Positions 1 to 10,855 of a DNA stretch of 64,000 nt are shown piece by piece (within the stretch, counting starts at the first letter, position 1; each line of letters opens with the position of its first letter). Source of the stretch: Ylistrum balloti (Eukaryota); contig NW_026782152.1 of the NCBI RefSeq assembly GCF_031769215.1, forward strand, positions 930,001-994,000, given 5' to 3'. The notes below the pieces were generated by a model. The model was given only the letters and a program-made list of their open reading frames with translations, did not search any database and was not told where the DNA came from. A program made the translations under genes and the position numbers.

Positions 1-66
1 TAGCTCGATTGGTTGAGCGTCAGACTAGTAAGCCAGGGGTCCCGGGTTCGATTCCTAGCGGAGGCA
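1..66 (+). tRNA. 5'-truncated tRNA-Thr(AGT)-like sequence; probably a pseudogene or tRNA-derived SINE head
   Basis: A-box-like TAGCTCGATTGG, anticodon loop CTAGTAA (AGT), B-box/T-loop GGTTCGATTCC and acceptor-like 3' end CGGAGGCA. The anticodon stem (TCAGA/GCCAG) pairs poorly and no oligo-T terminator follows. Confidence 0.5.
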
Positions 67-2137
67 TTGAAATGAAAAATGACCTCTGTTACATTAACAC
101 CAGACTTTCATTGTCATGTCAAATCATTTGTTAGTCATGGATTCACTAGTGTGGACACCTATTAAACAACACCATTAAATATACCAAATAGATCCAGAAG
201 AACACATTATTCAGTCGGCTCGGAGCTGACTAATTAAGTATGGGTATGAATAAACTGACATCATATTTTGTTTACATTTGGTTTATCACTGTAGACATTA
301 TATAACACTTTTGATTACAGGATGCTACATATATTACCATATTAAGTAAAAAACATATTTACAAATAGTCTGCAGTAGCAGATAGCCTATAAGTGATCTA
401 AAACCAGCAAAAATCACAGATAGCTCGAGGGCTCTACCCCATAAGTTACGATATTGTAATATACTCTTTGGTGTGTTACATTGGCAGCATCAGAGATCTA
501 CTCTGATGTTGTGATATGGACTATGACGTCATATCTGTCTCCATTTGAATTTATACTCCATATTTTTACTAAATGGAAAACCTGCCATAATGAAATTTTT
601 CTGGTTTATGTGATAAACAGTATCTTAGACAAGTTAACTTTTTATATGAAATCTTACTTAACTTGCCTCAAAGATTTTATTTTTTGCTCACCAATACAAA
701 TGAAAGAGATTTGTTTCATAAAATTGGTCCTGCATATTACAAAGAAATGTAAGGATGCCTTTTCATCATGAAAAACAGATTCATTAAACATTCCATAAAC
801 ATGGTCAGTGGGAGGAGCATTATGGGATCTCACCAAAATCTTGTTTCAAGTATTACTGTTATTTGATCTCTTGTTCTATCAAATAAGCTTAAATTGACAT
901 GTATATGTGACCGAAGTGCTATGAAGTCTCATTAAAATAGGTGTGTTCCTGATGACAAGTAAAATAGAATATGACCTTTGACCATGGTGTTTATTGTGGT
1001 ACAGTAAAGTTTGGAAGGATCATGATTACTTAACATACCCCTAAGGAGTTTGCTACAGGTGTATTTGTATAAAGTTTCTACAATTTTTCTGGAATTCTAT
1101 CAAATATGAAATTAGAATTTATAGATATGATAAAAATCATTCTGAATTAATTGAGACATAAAATTCTCTGAGGCTTGATTAAGTATCAGTATGTTAAAAG
1201 AAATATTCAGAACCACACTGTAAAAAAAGTGCAGTTTTCATCAATATGTGAACCTGTCTTTTTGTCCATAAATACATTACATATATGCAGTTTTCAGATA
1301 TTATAGAGATATATATGGTTATTTGACAAAATTTGTATGGTGTAATTACATCTTCATCATCAGAACTCCATGTGCTGGGTTTAATTACTCTGAATTAATT
1401 CCGCGTTTTGACGATAAATATTGTGAAGTTATTTAAGCTAATAAGACTTTGTTGACCGTGGCTAGCTGAAACGTGATCCATCTGACTTACCCAGTCTGGT
1501 CATTAATGCTACAACAGGGAGACATGCATTGTAGAGGTGTAGCCAACACTGTCAAACTTATCAAACCAACCTCTGGTCAATCTTAATTGGCTAATCACTT
1601 TATCAGTATGCAAATTTATGCTGTGTGTTCACTTAGTACTGTAGAAGGCTGTTAAGGGTAGTGAATTAAATCTGACATTGTGTTGGTAACAGCTGGGGCA
1701 GTTGTTAATAGGTGTATTATACAGCATATTACCCCTGTTATTCCCCTAACACTGCTCAAACACTCCCTTCGCCAGACTCTCTACTTCCATACACACAATT
1801 ATACATTATAATGATATGAGCTTCAATTTGGAATTAATTACTGGATGAAGATAATCTGAGGAAATGAAGTTTAGTACATATTTGTCTAAGGTTACGCCCC
1901 TTCTTACAAACTACAATACCTATTTTCAGAAAATTGTAGGGCTTTGCTGTGTGTGCATTCTGACAGTAACATGTCTTTGATAGTTTAGAAATTTGACAGT
2001 ATAACCTTGACAACACAGATGCATTCAAATTCAAATTGCATTAATTCTAAATATTTTGCAAGGAACAGTGTTGCTACAATGATTAAGGGTCAACAGTTTT
2101 CGGTGGATTTCTGCTTGTGAAGGATACATATGTAACA

Positions 2138-5100
2138 ATGGCAGGTAAGGACACTTGCATATGGATAGCATCATTGTTCATACTGATGATGACTCATATG
2201 ACTTTCGGATACACATGTCATCCTGGCTGTGTCTGTACCCACAATTTCACCATGGTGACCTGTGCAAGACTACAGCTGCTAAATGTAAATAGTTTACCTC
2301 CACACACTAAAGATTTCAGCATCACTAAAAGTAATGTGGGACCTGTGTTCAACTATTCTCTCTCTTCCTTAGTTGAGTTAGAAGTTATAGATCTATCACT
2401 GAATAGCCTCACAGAAATATCAGGAGACGTCTTTCACCATCTTGGGCGCGTCAGAAGTCTCAGTTTCCGTGGAAACCGTCTTCATCGCCTGATGAATGAT
2501 GTATTTCTTCACACAGCTAACTTACAAATCTTGGATCTCAGCCATAATAGTTTTTCTGTACTTCCTGATGTACCGTTCAGATTTCTACAAAACTTGAAAG
2601 TTCTAAATTTAAGCTTCAATCACTTTACAACTCCTGTTTTAGGACTGCGATTCCAAGTTATGACTAATATGGAGTTGCTAGATTTTACTGGAAACAATTT
2701 CCACACCATTCCCCAGAAAACTTTTGAAATGGCGCAAAACTGGAATGATGCAATACAAAAGACTCTGAACTTTTCTTTCTGTGGCATTCATAGTATTGAA
2801 GAAGGTGCATTTGACGACTTGAGAAAAATCAGGACACTTTTATTGACTGGAAATTATCATTTGACTTCTGAAAATCTCACTGCTTCATTCAATTCATCAG
2901 ATTTTTCGAGCTTAGTTTCCCTGGATTTGTCTCGGATGAACCTTACAGACATTGGGAATATTCTTGTAGCACTTCAGGCATCTCCTCTAGCAGAACTTCA
3001 CCTGTCTCACAACAAACTTATCACCATTCCTCAAACGTTATCCGACTACCATGCCAATCTGCAAGTTCTTCAAGCCCATCAGAATAAGATAACAGAAATC
3101 GGAACTTCACTAACTCAGATACTGACCCTGACTCATCTTGACCTTTCCTACAATGACATCGCTAATGTAGACTCAACGTTTGGTGAAAACCTCGTAAATC
3201 TACACACTTTAATTTTGTCAAACAATCAAATCAGTGACGGAATGGTTGTGGTTACAAATATGGCTTCTCTCAAGCATTTAGATCTCAGCAGTAATCAAAT
3301 TACTAACTTTGGTATTCCGGATTCTCTTACAAATTTAGAAATCCTGTTTCTTGCAGGAAACCGCATAACTGACTTAAATCAGCTCATTGGCCTCAACAGT
3401 TTGTTGAAATTTGATATAAGTCGCAATCAACTTTCTGAACTGAAAGCATTTCTTTTTCCAGATTCTTCCAATATATATTTAGCAAACTTCAGTGGAAATG
3501 CCATTTCCAAAGCTGATCATCAAACATTTCGACGAAACACCCCCTGCATCGTAGATATATCACGTAATAGAATACAACAAATCTTCAATTTAGGATGGGA
3601 GGAAGTGGAGGAGGTTCATCTCCAGGGAAATCTCATATCAGAAATGGACAGGAACACATTTTATGGACTATATGCTGTTAAGTATTTGGATTTCAGTCAT
3701 AACACACTGACAGGATTTGATGCGGATGGGTTTGTTTATTTGAGAAATTTGACTGAACTTAGAATGAGCAACAACGATCTCATGGATTCTGCCTCTTTAC
3801 AAATCGCTTTGTCAGCGATGTCAAAGCTTGAAAAGCTAGACGTAAGTCACAATAATTATACAGTTTTCCCACCAGACATGCTAAAGAAAAACAAACATCT
3901 TCAAAGTTTGAAAGTAAATGATAATAAGGTGTTGACATTTCAGCCTGAACTTTTCAATCATTTGGTCCAACTGAAGGAAATTGACCTGTCCAACAATATT
4001 TTCCGCTGTGATTGCGCGTTACTAGATTTTCGAGACTGGTTGAGAAAAACCAAGGTTTTAGTGATACATCGAGTCAATACAAGCTACTCGTGTCAAGGGC
4101 CTACAGACAGAAAAGGTAGGTGGGTTGTGAATTACGAAGTTGGAAAGTTTGAATGCCACCAAACTCTCTTGTACATCATAATTTTCTCCTCCGTTGGAAC
4201 TGTATTGATGTTGGTGATTGTCATAGGGATACTGGTATTCAAGGGTTATTACCAGTGGCGTAAAAAACTTAAATACGGTCAACGTCTTAACACCGTTGGA
4301 TACAAATCGGTCAACGGTAATCATCTGGTTACGGATGAAAATAGCAAAACGAAGTATAACAAACCAAAAACTTACATGAATGGTGGACATCTATCGAAAC
4401 AAATTTCAAGAGACAGTTTGGATTTTGAAGTTGAAAATTTGATGAGAAAAAGACAGAAAAATCAGAGATTGCTCAACGGCTACATGGGAATACCACTTGT
4501 AGGCCTAGCTAAGGAAAAAGAAGAGTCAAGAACCAAAAAGGCGAAAAATTCAAAATTGAAAAGGAACGCTAACAAAAAGAATAACCAAACTAAAGGAAAA
4601 AAGGGACAAGAAATGAACAAGACTAAAGGATTGTCAGAAAGGGAATTGTTAAAGGAAATTAGGTTCAAAAACATGAAGCGAGATGCAGCCCAGCGATACG
4701 CCCACAGAATGAGCCGTTACCATGAGGGACGGAATGACCTCATGGTAAGTCGTATGGTGCCGTACTTTTATGATAGACATGGCGTCCGACGCTCTACAGC
4801 AAACATGTTCATGAGGAGTCGCCAACCAGATATTCACGGTCATGGTGACGTCATCAGGTTACCCAGACCAGTTCCTAGGCCACGACATTCCCAAAGTGTA
4901 CCAGACATGCATGGTTATGTCAATTCAATACCTCGTAGAAGATACCCTCTTACACCTGAAGTCCATGTTCTTAGTCGTCACCATCACAGGAATTTAGATC
5001 CAAATTCTCCAGACTTTCCTTTGTCTAGGCGTAGATATAGATCCCTTGGAAACCTTCAGCCTCTAGCAGAAACTCAAGGTCAAGAAAGATCTCACCATCA

Positions 5101-5236
5101 GAGTGAAACAGACTTGTATCGTAAGCGGGACAATATGTTTTTGCCAGCTCGCTATGACAATGTTAAATATCACACAATAAGTGCAAGGCCAAGGTCATCT
5201 AAAGGTCAATTTGGCAGTAGATCAGAATGGATATAA
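2138..5236 (+). CDS. Single-exon leucine-rich-repeat type I transmembrane protein (Toll-like ectodomain, no TIR domain), ~1032 aa
   Basis: Uninterrupted ORF with first ATG at 2138. It has a hydrophobic signal peptide, an LRR-NT cap (CHPGCVC..VTC), about 20 LxxLxLxxN repeats, an LRR-CT cap (NIFRCDC..F.DWL..C.GP..C), a TM helix at 4166-4240 and a ~330-aa basic low-complexity tail. Confidence 0.9.
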   Translation: MAGKDTCIWIASLFILMMTHMTFGYTCHPGCVCTHNFTMVTCARLQLLNVNSLPPHTKDFSITKSNVGPVFNYSLSSLVELEVIDLSLNSLTEISGDVFHHLGRVRSLSFRGNRLHRLMNDVFLHTANLQILDLSHNSFSVLPDVPFRFLQNLKVLNLSFNHFTTPVLGLRFQVMTNMELLDFTGNNFHTIPQKTFEMAQNWNDAIQKTLNFSFCGIHSIEEGAFDDLRKIRTLLLTGNYHLTSENLTASFNSSDFSSLVSLDLSRMNLTDIGNILVALQASPLAELHLSHNKLITIPQTLSDYHANLQVLQAHQNKITEIGTSLTQILTLTHLDLSYNDIANVDSTFGENLVNLHTLILSNNQISDGMVVVTNMASLKHLDLSSNQITNFGIPDSLTNLEILFLAGNRITDLNQLIGLNSLLKFDISRNQLSELKAFLFPDSSNIYLANFSGNAISKADHQTFRRNTPCIVDISRNRIQQIFNLGWEEVEEVHLQGNLISEMDRNTFYGLYAVKYLDFSHNTLTGFDADGFVYLRNLTELRMSNNDLMDSASLQIALSAMSKLEKLDVSHNNYTVFPPDMLKKNKHLQSLKVNDNKVLTFQPELFNHLVQLKEIDLSNNIFRCDCALLDFRDWLRKTKVLVIHRVNTSYSCQGPTDRKGRWVVNYEVGKFECHQTLLYIIIFSSVGTVLMLVIVIGILVFKGYYQWRKKLKYGQRLNTVGYKSVNGNHLVTDENSKTKYNKPKTYMNGGHLSKQISRDSLDFEVENLMRKRQKNQRLLNGYMGIPLVGLAKEKEESRTKKAKNSKLKRNANKKNNQTKGKKGQEMNKTKGLSERELLKEIRFKNMKRDAAQRYAHRMSRYHEGRNDLMVSRMVPYFYDRHGVRRSTANMFMRSRQPDIHGHGDVIRLPRPVPRPRHSQSVPDMHGYVNSIPRRRYPLTPEVHVLSRHHHRNLDPNSPDFPLSRRRYRSLGNLQPLAETQGQERSHHQSETDLYRKRDNMFLPARYDNVKYHTISARPRSSKGQFGSRSEWI

Positions 5237-6133
5237 GAATTATTAGATGAAGTTTTGAAAGTACTAATGTAAAAGTATATTTAACACATTTCTTAAAATT
5301 TGGTACATGTGTACTGTAGTACAAATATTTACTTTATTTTTGGGAATTCACTTTTTGTGGTTAGGCGAGTAAACACTCGGGGAGTGCTAATTCTAACATC
5401 ATCCTGTTTGTGTTCAGTGCTCTTAGTGACAACCTTAACACTGGCGATATTGACACTATACCATCTTAGAATATTGACACATGTGGATATTCTACAGGAC
5501 CAGAGAAGGACGTCTATTTATTTTCTGAGAACAAAACAACTTGGTACAAATGTCTAAGTATTGCTCAGAAACATTGAAATAACATGCATATCAACCATTT
5601 TATACATGTGTAGAAGTGTAAACCACCTTCTGACTAAAAATCAGTGACTTTTCAAGATCATACGTACAGCTTTGGGTATATGGTGCATGAAAATATCTTA
5701 AAAGTCATAAAAATGCCAAAAATACGAAATTTCATATCTTCAGTGTAAACATCATAAAATAAGTGTATTTTATAACTATAAATGTATGATGCCATATGAA
5801 TTTAATCTCATTATTTTTGTGTTCTCCCTTGTATTTTGAAACTAGGGGTAGAGTTAACCCCTAACAATATATTCATATAGGAGTCATTGAACGGGGTATA
5901 TCAAACCAGAAGGTTCATCAATTTTGAGGGTTTTGTACCCTCATTCAGGGGTAAGAGGGATCATTGATATTCATTTAATGTTAGCTAGCATATATGTATA
6001 CAGGCAATTAATGATCGAGACACTTGATAACAAATATCATTTCTTGTCAGTCTTGTATTTCTTTGTTATATAACATTGGTTTAACTTTGTATTTAACATA
6101 CATAATTGAAGGATAAACAAATTGCTGACATTT

Positions 6134-6140
<7 letters not shown>

Positions 6141-6164
<24 letters not shown>
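6141..6164. repeat. (TA)n microsatellite
   Basis: About 12 perfect TA units. Confidence 0.9.
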
Positions 6165-8617
6165 CACTGAATAGCACTACCAGTTAATATAAATTAACTA
6201 ATCTTGTTCTATCAACTGTAAATTGATTTTTACCATATAAGGAAAAAACATTATTAATTCATAAGATAATTTCATTATTCTTAAGACTAAAAAATTCCAC
6301 TGGTTTTCAACAATAGTCTTTAATCTATACAAAAATTAAATAACATTTTGCAGAACATTTATAAGTTTTAGTCTAGTAGAAAAAAAAATGTACAACTTTC
6401 GGAAGTATTTAAAATTTTTAAATAAATTTACTTCACAAGATTCTGAGTGTCTCCAGTATAAATAATTAGAAATCTGATTTAACAATGCATGCTTTATATT
6501 GACCACATTTATTCCACTATGAACAAATTTGAGAAGTTTTAAAAAATTATCATTTACTCCATTGTTATAATAATGATATAAAATGTATTTATGTATATAA
6601 AGTAATGAAACATATACAAAATGTATATAAATTTTCCATACAACACCCAAACCTCATTTTCTGTGTTGATTTAAATCAATATCTTCATCAGGTTCAAACT
6701 AATTACAAATTGTTTCCACTATCTTCGGTTATCTCCCCTAGTATGTGTGTTTTATCGGTCAACAAATCACGAAGGATTTTATAGTCACTGTGGAAATCCA
6801 CAAAACTTTCTTGTAAATCTGTTATAAAAACATAAAGATTATGATATATCCAAACTTTTTGTGGGTCTGATAATGGAAACAATTGTTTTATTTGGCCTTG
6901 TCCTTCTGTATGTAATCATCTTTCTGTCAGTTTGTATCAATACTTCAACTGTCTTAAATTTTTGTCAATGTGTCCTTATATTTTTATTATTCACTGTAAA
7001 TATTTTTTAGTATCGTGTATCAATTGTAAATGTGTAAGTGATTTCTTTTTTCTAAGCAACAAATAATATTATATAAAGCAAAAAGAACAGAGAAAAGATA
7101 CAACAAATTTTGAGTTTGTAACAAAGACATTCATTTGCATTATGAGATTATTAAAAAAAAGATTAAAAAGTATTTAAAGTTTTTTTCTTATTTCAATACT
7201 TTAGCTTATTATGCCTTTTTTATTCTTTGCAACAGCAAAGAAAAAGGGAATTCATTCATGTGTGGTCCTTAGTTTGCTAATTAGATGAAATGGTGTATTT
7301 ATTTGTAAAATCTGACGATCACTTAATCATTAAAAGGAGGGTAAAATCAAAATGATGGAAATAAAACCAAATATGAAGTAAAGATGAAGACAGGTGCGGG
7401 CAGGGCAAACACAATGTCCCTGTCCTTCACTGTAGCGGGGATATCTTTAAACAGAAAATTTAGTAAATCTATAATGGCGGTGTATTAAACACCTATCAAA
7501 TTAATTATGGTGTTATCTTCTGTCAGCGTGCCTTTAGGTCTAAATAAAGGACTCTGGTATCTCTAAGGTAGTATCCATATTTATACATTAATGTATACAA
7601 CACCACACCCCTTCATTAGTGAATGGGTTAATATAATCCTTGTCATTCACCAAGAGATATCTCTGCAGAAAATGTCAGCTATTTTAACAATATTATCTTA
7701 ATTTGATAAGGAGTTTTACTAAAAAATATCCCAGAATTTTCAGAATATCTATCCCCGAACAAGCTGTGGCCTACATGATCAGTAATGTTTACCTGATATA
7801 GACAAAGTGTCAAGGACACTGGTAAACGCTGTGTATGATAGGTATTCAAAGAAATAAAAGAAGTGGTGTGTCAGTAAACAATGGACAGCTATAGGCCGAA
7901 TTCAGCCAGCAGCTAGGAGCTGTGTTTTTCATTACTCCTGCCAATTACATCTGTATATATTAATTATATGCATCAAAATCCAAGAAGATCTAAATATTTT
8001 CATTTTTAAGTAAAAATATAAACCAATTACACCTTTAATTTCCAAATATGTTCAACAACAACTACACAATTGGTTTCATTTCAACAGAAAAGAGTTGATA
8101 AATCCTTGTTTGCGATTGTACATGTGCGACGTTAACACAATGATGTATAGCGTATATTCCATGTACAAGACTGATACATTTTGTATAACATGAAACAAGG
8201 GAAAAAAAACATAAAGGCCTATAAACTGTTCATGCTATTTTAACATGCTCTTCAAGACATACTGCAAATTCATAATTAGACCTATAAGCTTATAACAAAA
8301 CAACACGTAATACGCCAACCACATTTTATCTCTTTAAGTAATGTATCTTTCATTTCTTGTCCATGCTTATAAACAGAGTTTAAGCTTTTTGGCAGAATTC
8401 ATTGTTAAAAAGTCTAATTCTACACTAGTCAGTGTTGTTTTGTACTTATTTTCATAAAGTGTTCTGATGAAGCATCACCAAAGATGCAAAATCGGTCAAC
8501 CACCACTATGTAGTGAACAGATACACGAATCGGCTGTGGTGTGTTAAGATTGTATCCTACCCTATCTTATTCTCTGCATACAACTGCTTTGCATAACTAC
8601 GGTATCCATACCGACAG

Positions 8618-8649
8618 CAGGGACGTATAATACGTATTATACATCCCTG
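8618..8649. mobile_element. 32-bp palindromic TIR-only mini-element with 7-bp target-site duplication
   Basis: CAGGGACGTATAATAC/GTATTATACATCCCTG is a palindrome with one mismatch, flanked by CCGACAG at 8611-8617 and 8650-8656. Confidence 0.65.
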
Positions 8650-9874
8650 CCGACAGCTAGGATCTTACGAAGAACCTCTTGGCATAACGGCATTGGTTCC
8701 AAAATTCTTATTTTATTTTAGTTTTCATAAACATGTCAATTAATTTATTGTTATCTTATAATTTTTAAAAAGTGGAAAATATTTCAAACCTCTACAAGAT
8801 GAATCATGTATGAAATGAGACATCGTGGTATCAGACTTAAATATTGATAGGAAGTCTGTGGTGGTTGGCCTACTGAAAATGAAACTTCCTGTTTCAGAAT
8901 GATGTCAGAAATCAGTTACCCTTTTAAATATGTATGATCAACACTGATATCTTAAAGAATAATAAAAATATTTAAACATCTCTTTAGTTATGTGGTGGTA
9001 TTAAGACCATATCGCACAATATCTTGAGTATAAGAAACTTGGAGTCTAAGGACAAATGGAAATAAATTGAAAAGTGTCAACGATACAATTTGTCTTCCAA
9101 ACAGAGAAGAAGAGTAGTAATGCCTGTATACATAGTAAAAAGCTGTCATTTAACATATGACATCTTATAACGTTCTGCATTTCCATTTTTGTCTATTTAT
9201 ATTATATACATGTTTTTATAAAATAAAAGTATAAACTACCTCCCGAACTAATTTCAAACCACATTTTATATCCGTTCCACAGGAACGTATGTGTTATTTG
9301 GTCTCATTGCAGTGTAAAATTTGGTCAAGCTAGCTAACAGCTGATCCAGGTAATGGCTATAGATGCCAAGCATCTGTAAAGCTACTTTAGATCCATGCTT
9401 TTTTTTCTTTCTTTTTTTTTTTAATCTTCTAGACACAATAATTTGGGTGTGTTACAGTATCAACACTTTTATGCGAGGAATTTAATTTTTTTCGTTACAT
9501 ATGCTGTCACTTAAGATGGCACAAAACTAATACCAAGGAATGTTTACACAATGAACCAGTTACCTGGTAAATGCCTGTTAACATCGATACTACCTTATCA
9601 ACATGCTGTGAAATTTAATCCCTGCAAACCAGCCTAAATCAATAACACAGCCAAATTAAACAACCGTAATGTACTGTGGTTTGTGGGAGATTGGGACCCT
9701 GTCAAGAAAATGATATGATGACAAAGCAAGAATTTATTGATATCACATCAACAGTGCCACACACTGAGATAAAGATAAACCAGATATTAAGCTACTAAGC
9801 TAATATTGATAATATGTTTAAACATAGCATTGCATAATATCTACACACATCTTTAAAGCACCTGTTCATTCTTG

Positions 9875-10278
9875 ATTTTGAAAGACTGTGACCAGATATA
9901 TGATCATGGCATGCTTACAAAACACAAATAAAGGGAGACCACTCCTCCATCCCAAAATAATTTGGGTAAAACCGATAGTTAAACACTAGTTAAAAGAAAA
10001 CAAAAAGCATATTTTGAAAGACTGTGACCAGATATATGATCATGGCAGGCTTAAAAAACTCAAATAAAGGGAGACCACTCCTCCATCCCAAAATAATTTG
10101 GGTAAAACCGATAGTTAAACACTAGTTAAAAGAAAACAAAGAGCATATTTTGAAAGACTGTGACCAGATATATGATCATGGCAGGCTTCCAAAACTCAAA
10201 TAAAGGGAGACCACTCCTCCATCCCAAAATAATTTGGGTAAAACTGATAGTTAAACACTAGTTAAAAGAAAACAAAGA
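9875..10278. repeat. Three tandem copies of a 136-bp unit
   Basis: ATTTTGAAAGACTGTGACCAGATATATGATCATGGC recurs at 9875, 10011 and 10147. Confidence 0.9.
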
Positions 10279-10855
10279 GAATAATCTCTCCAAGAGGGCA
10301 AAAGGAAGACTTTTGACAATACTGGGCCCAGGTGTGATTAAGTTGTTCCTGTACATGCCGAACCTCTGATGATCATGGCACCCCTATCATTGATGAAATC
10401 TCATAATGTTCTGTTTGCCATTAAAAACTAGGACACAAGACTTCTGTTTATTTTTTTCAATCCATAATAATGATTGACCAATCTTTACCTCACTGTCCAG
10501 GAGGGTGACCCTAGCATGACAGTGTGTAGTATAATCGTGTATTGTGCAGGATTGTGGACTATTTACAGACATGTAGGGTGTGTAGACAATGCTGGACAAT
10601 GTGTGAATGGTATCTTTGATGCATTGTACTAAAGACTCAAAACTGAATCACTTCTATTCATGATACAGTTTCCTAAGCAAATTACCAATTATATTCTGTG
10701 GATTGTATCCCTATACAAAAGTTGGGAGTCCCTGGGCCCTAATTTAAACAGTGGATTGAGTACGGGAGTTCTTTTGAGTAGGTCATGTTTATGTAAACTA
10801 GATTTTATTTTAGACATTTAGCAAATGTATCACACTGATTTTAAACAATATTTAC

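Noticed and set aside
4058-4843. Antisense ORFs inside the LRR gene, and similar short antisense ORFs inside the RdRP exons
   Set aside because: Shadow frames of real coding sequence with no independent support.
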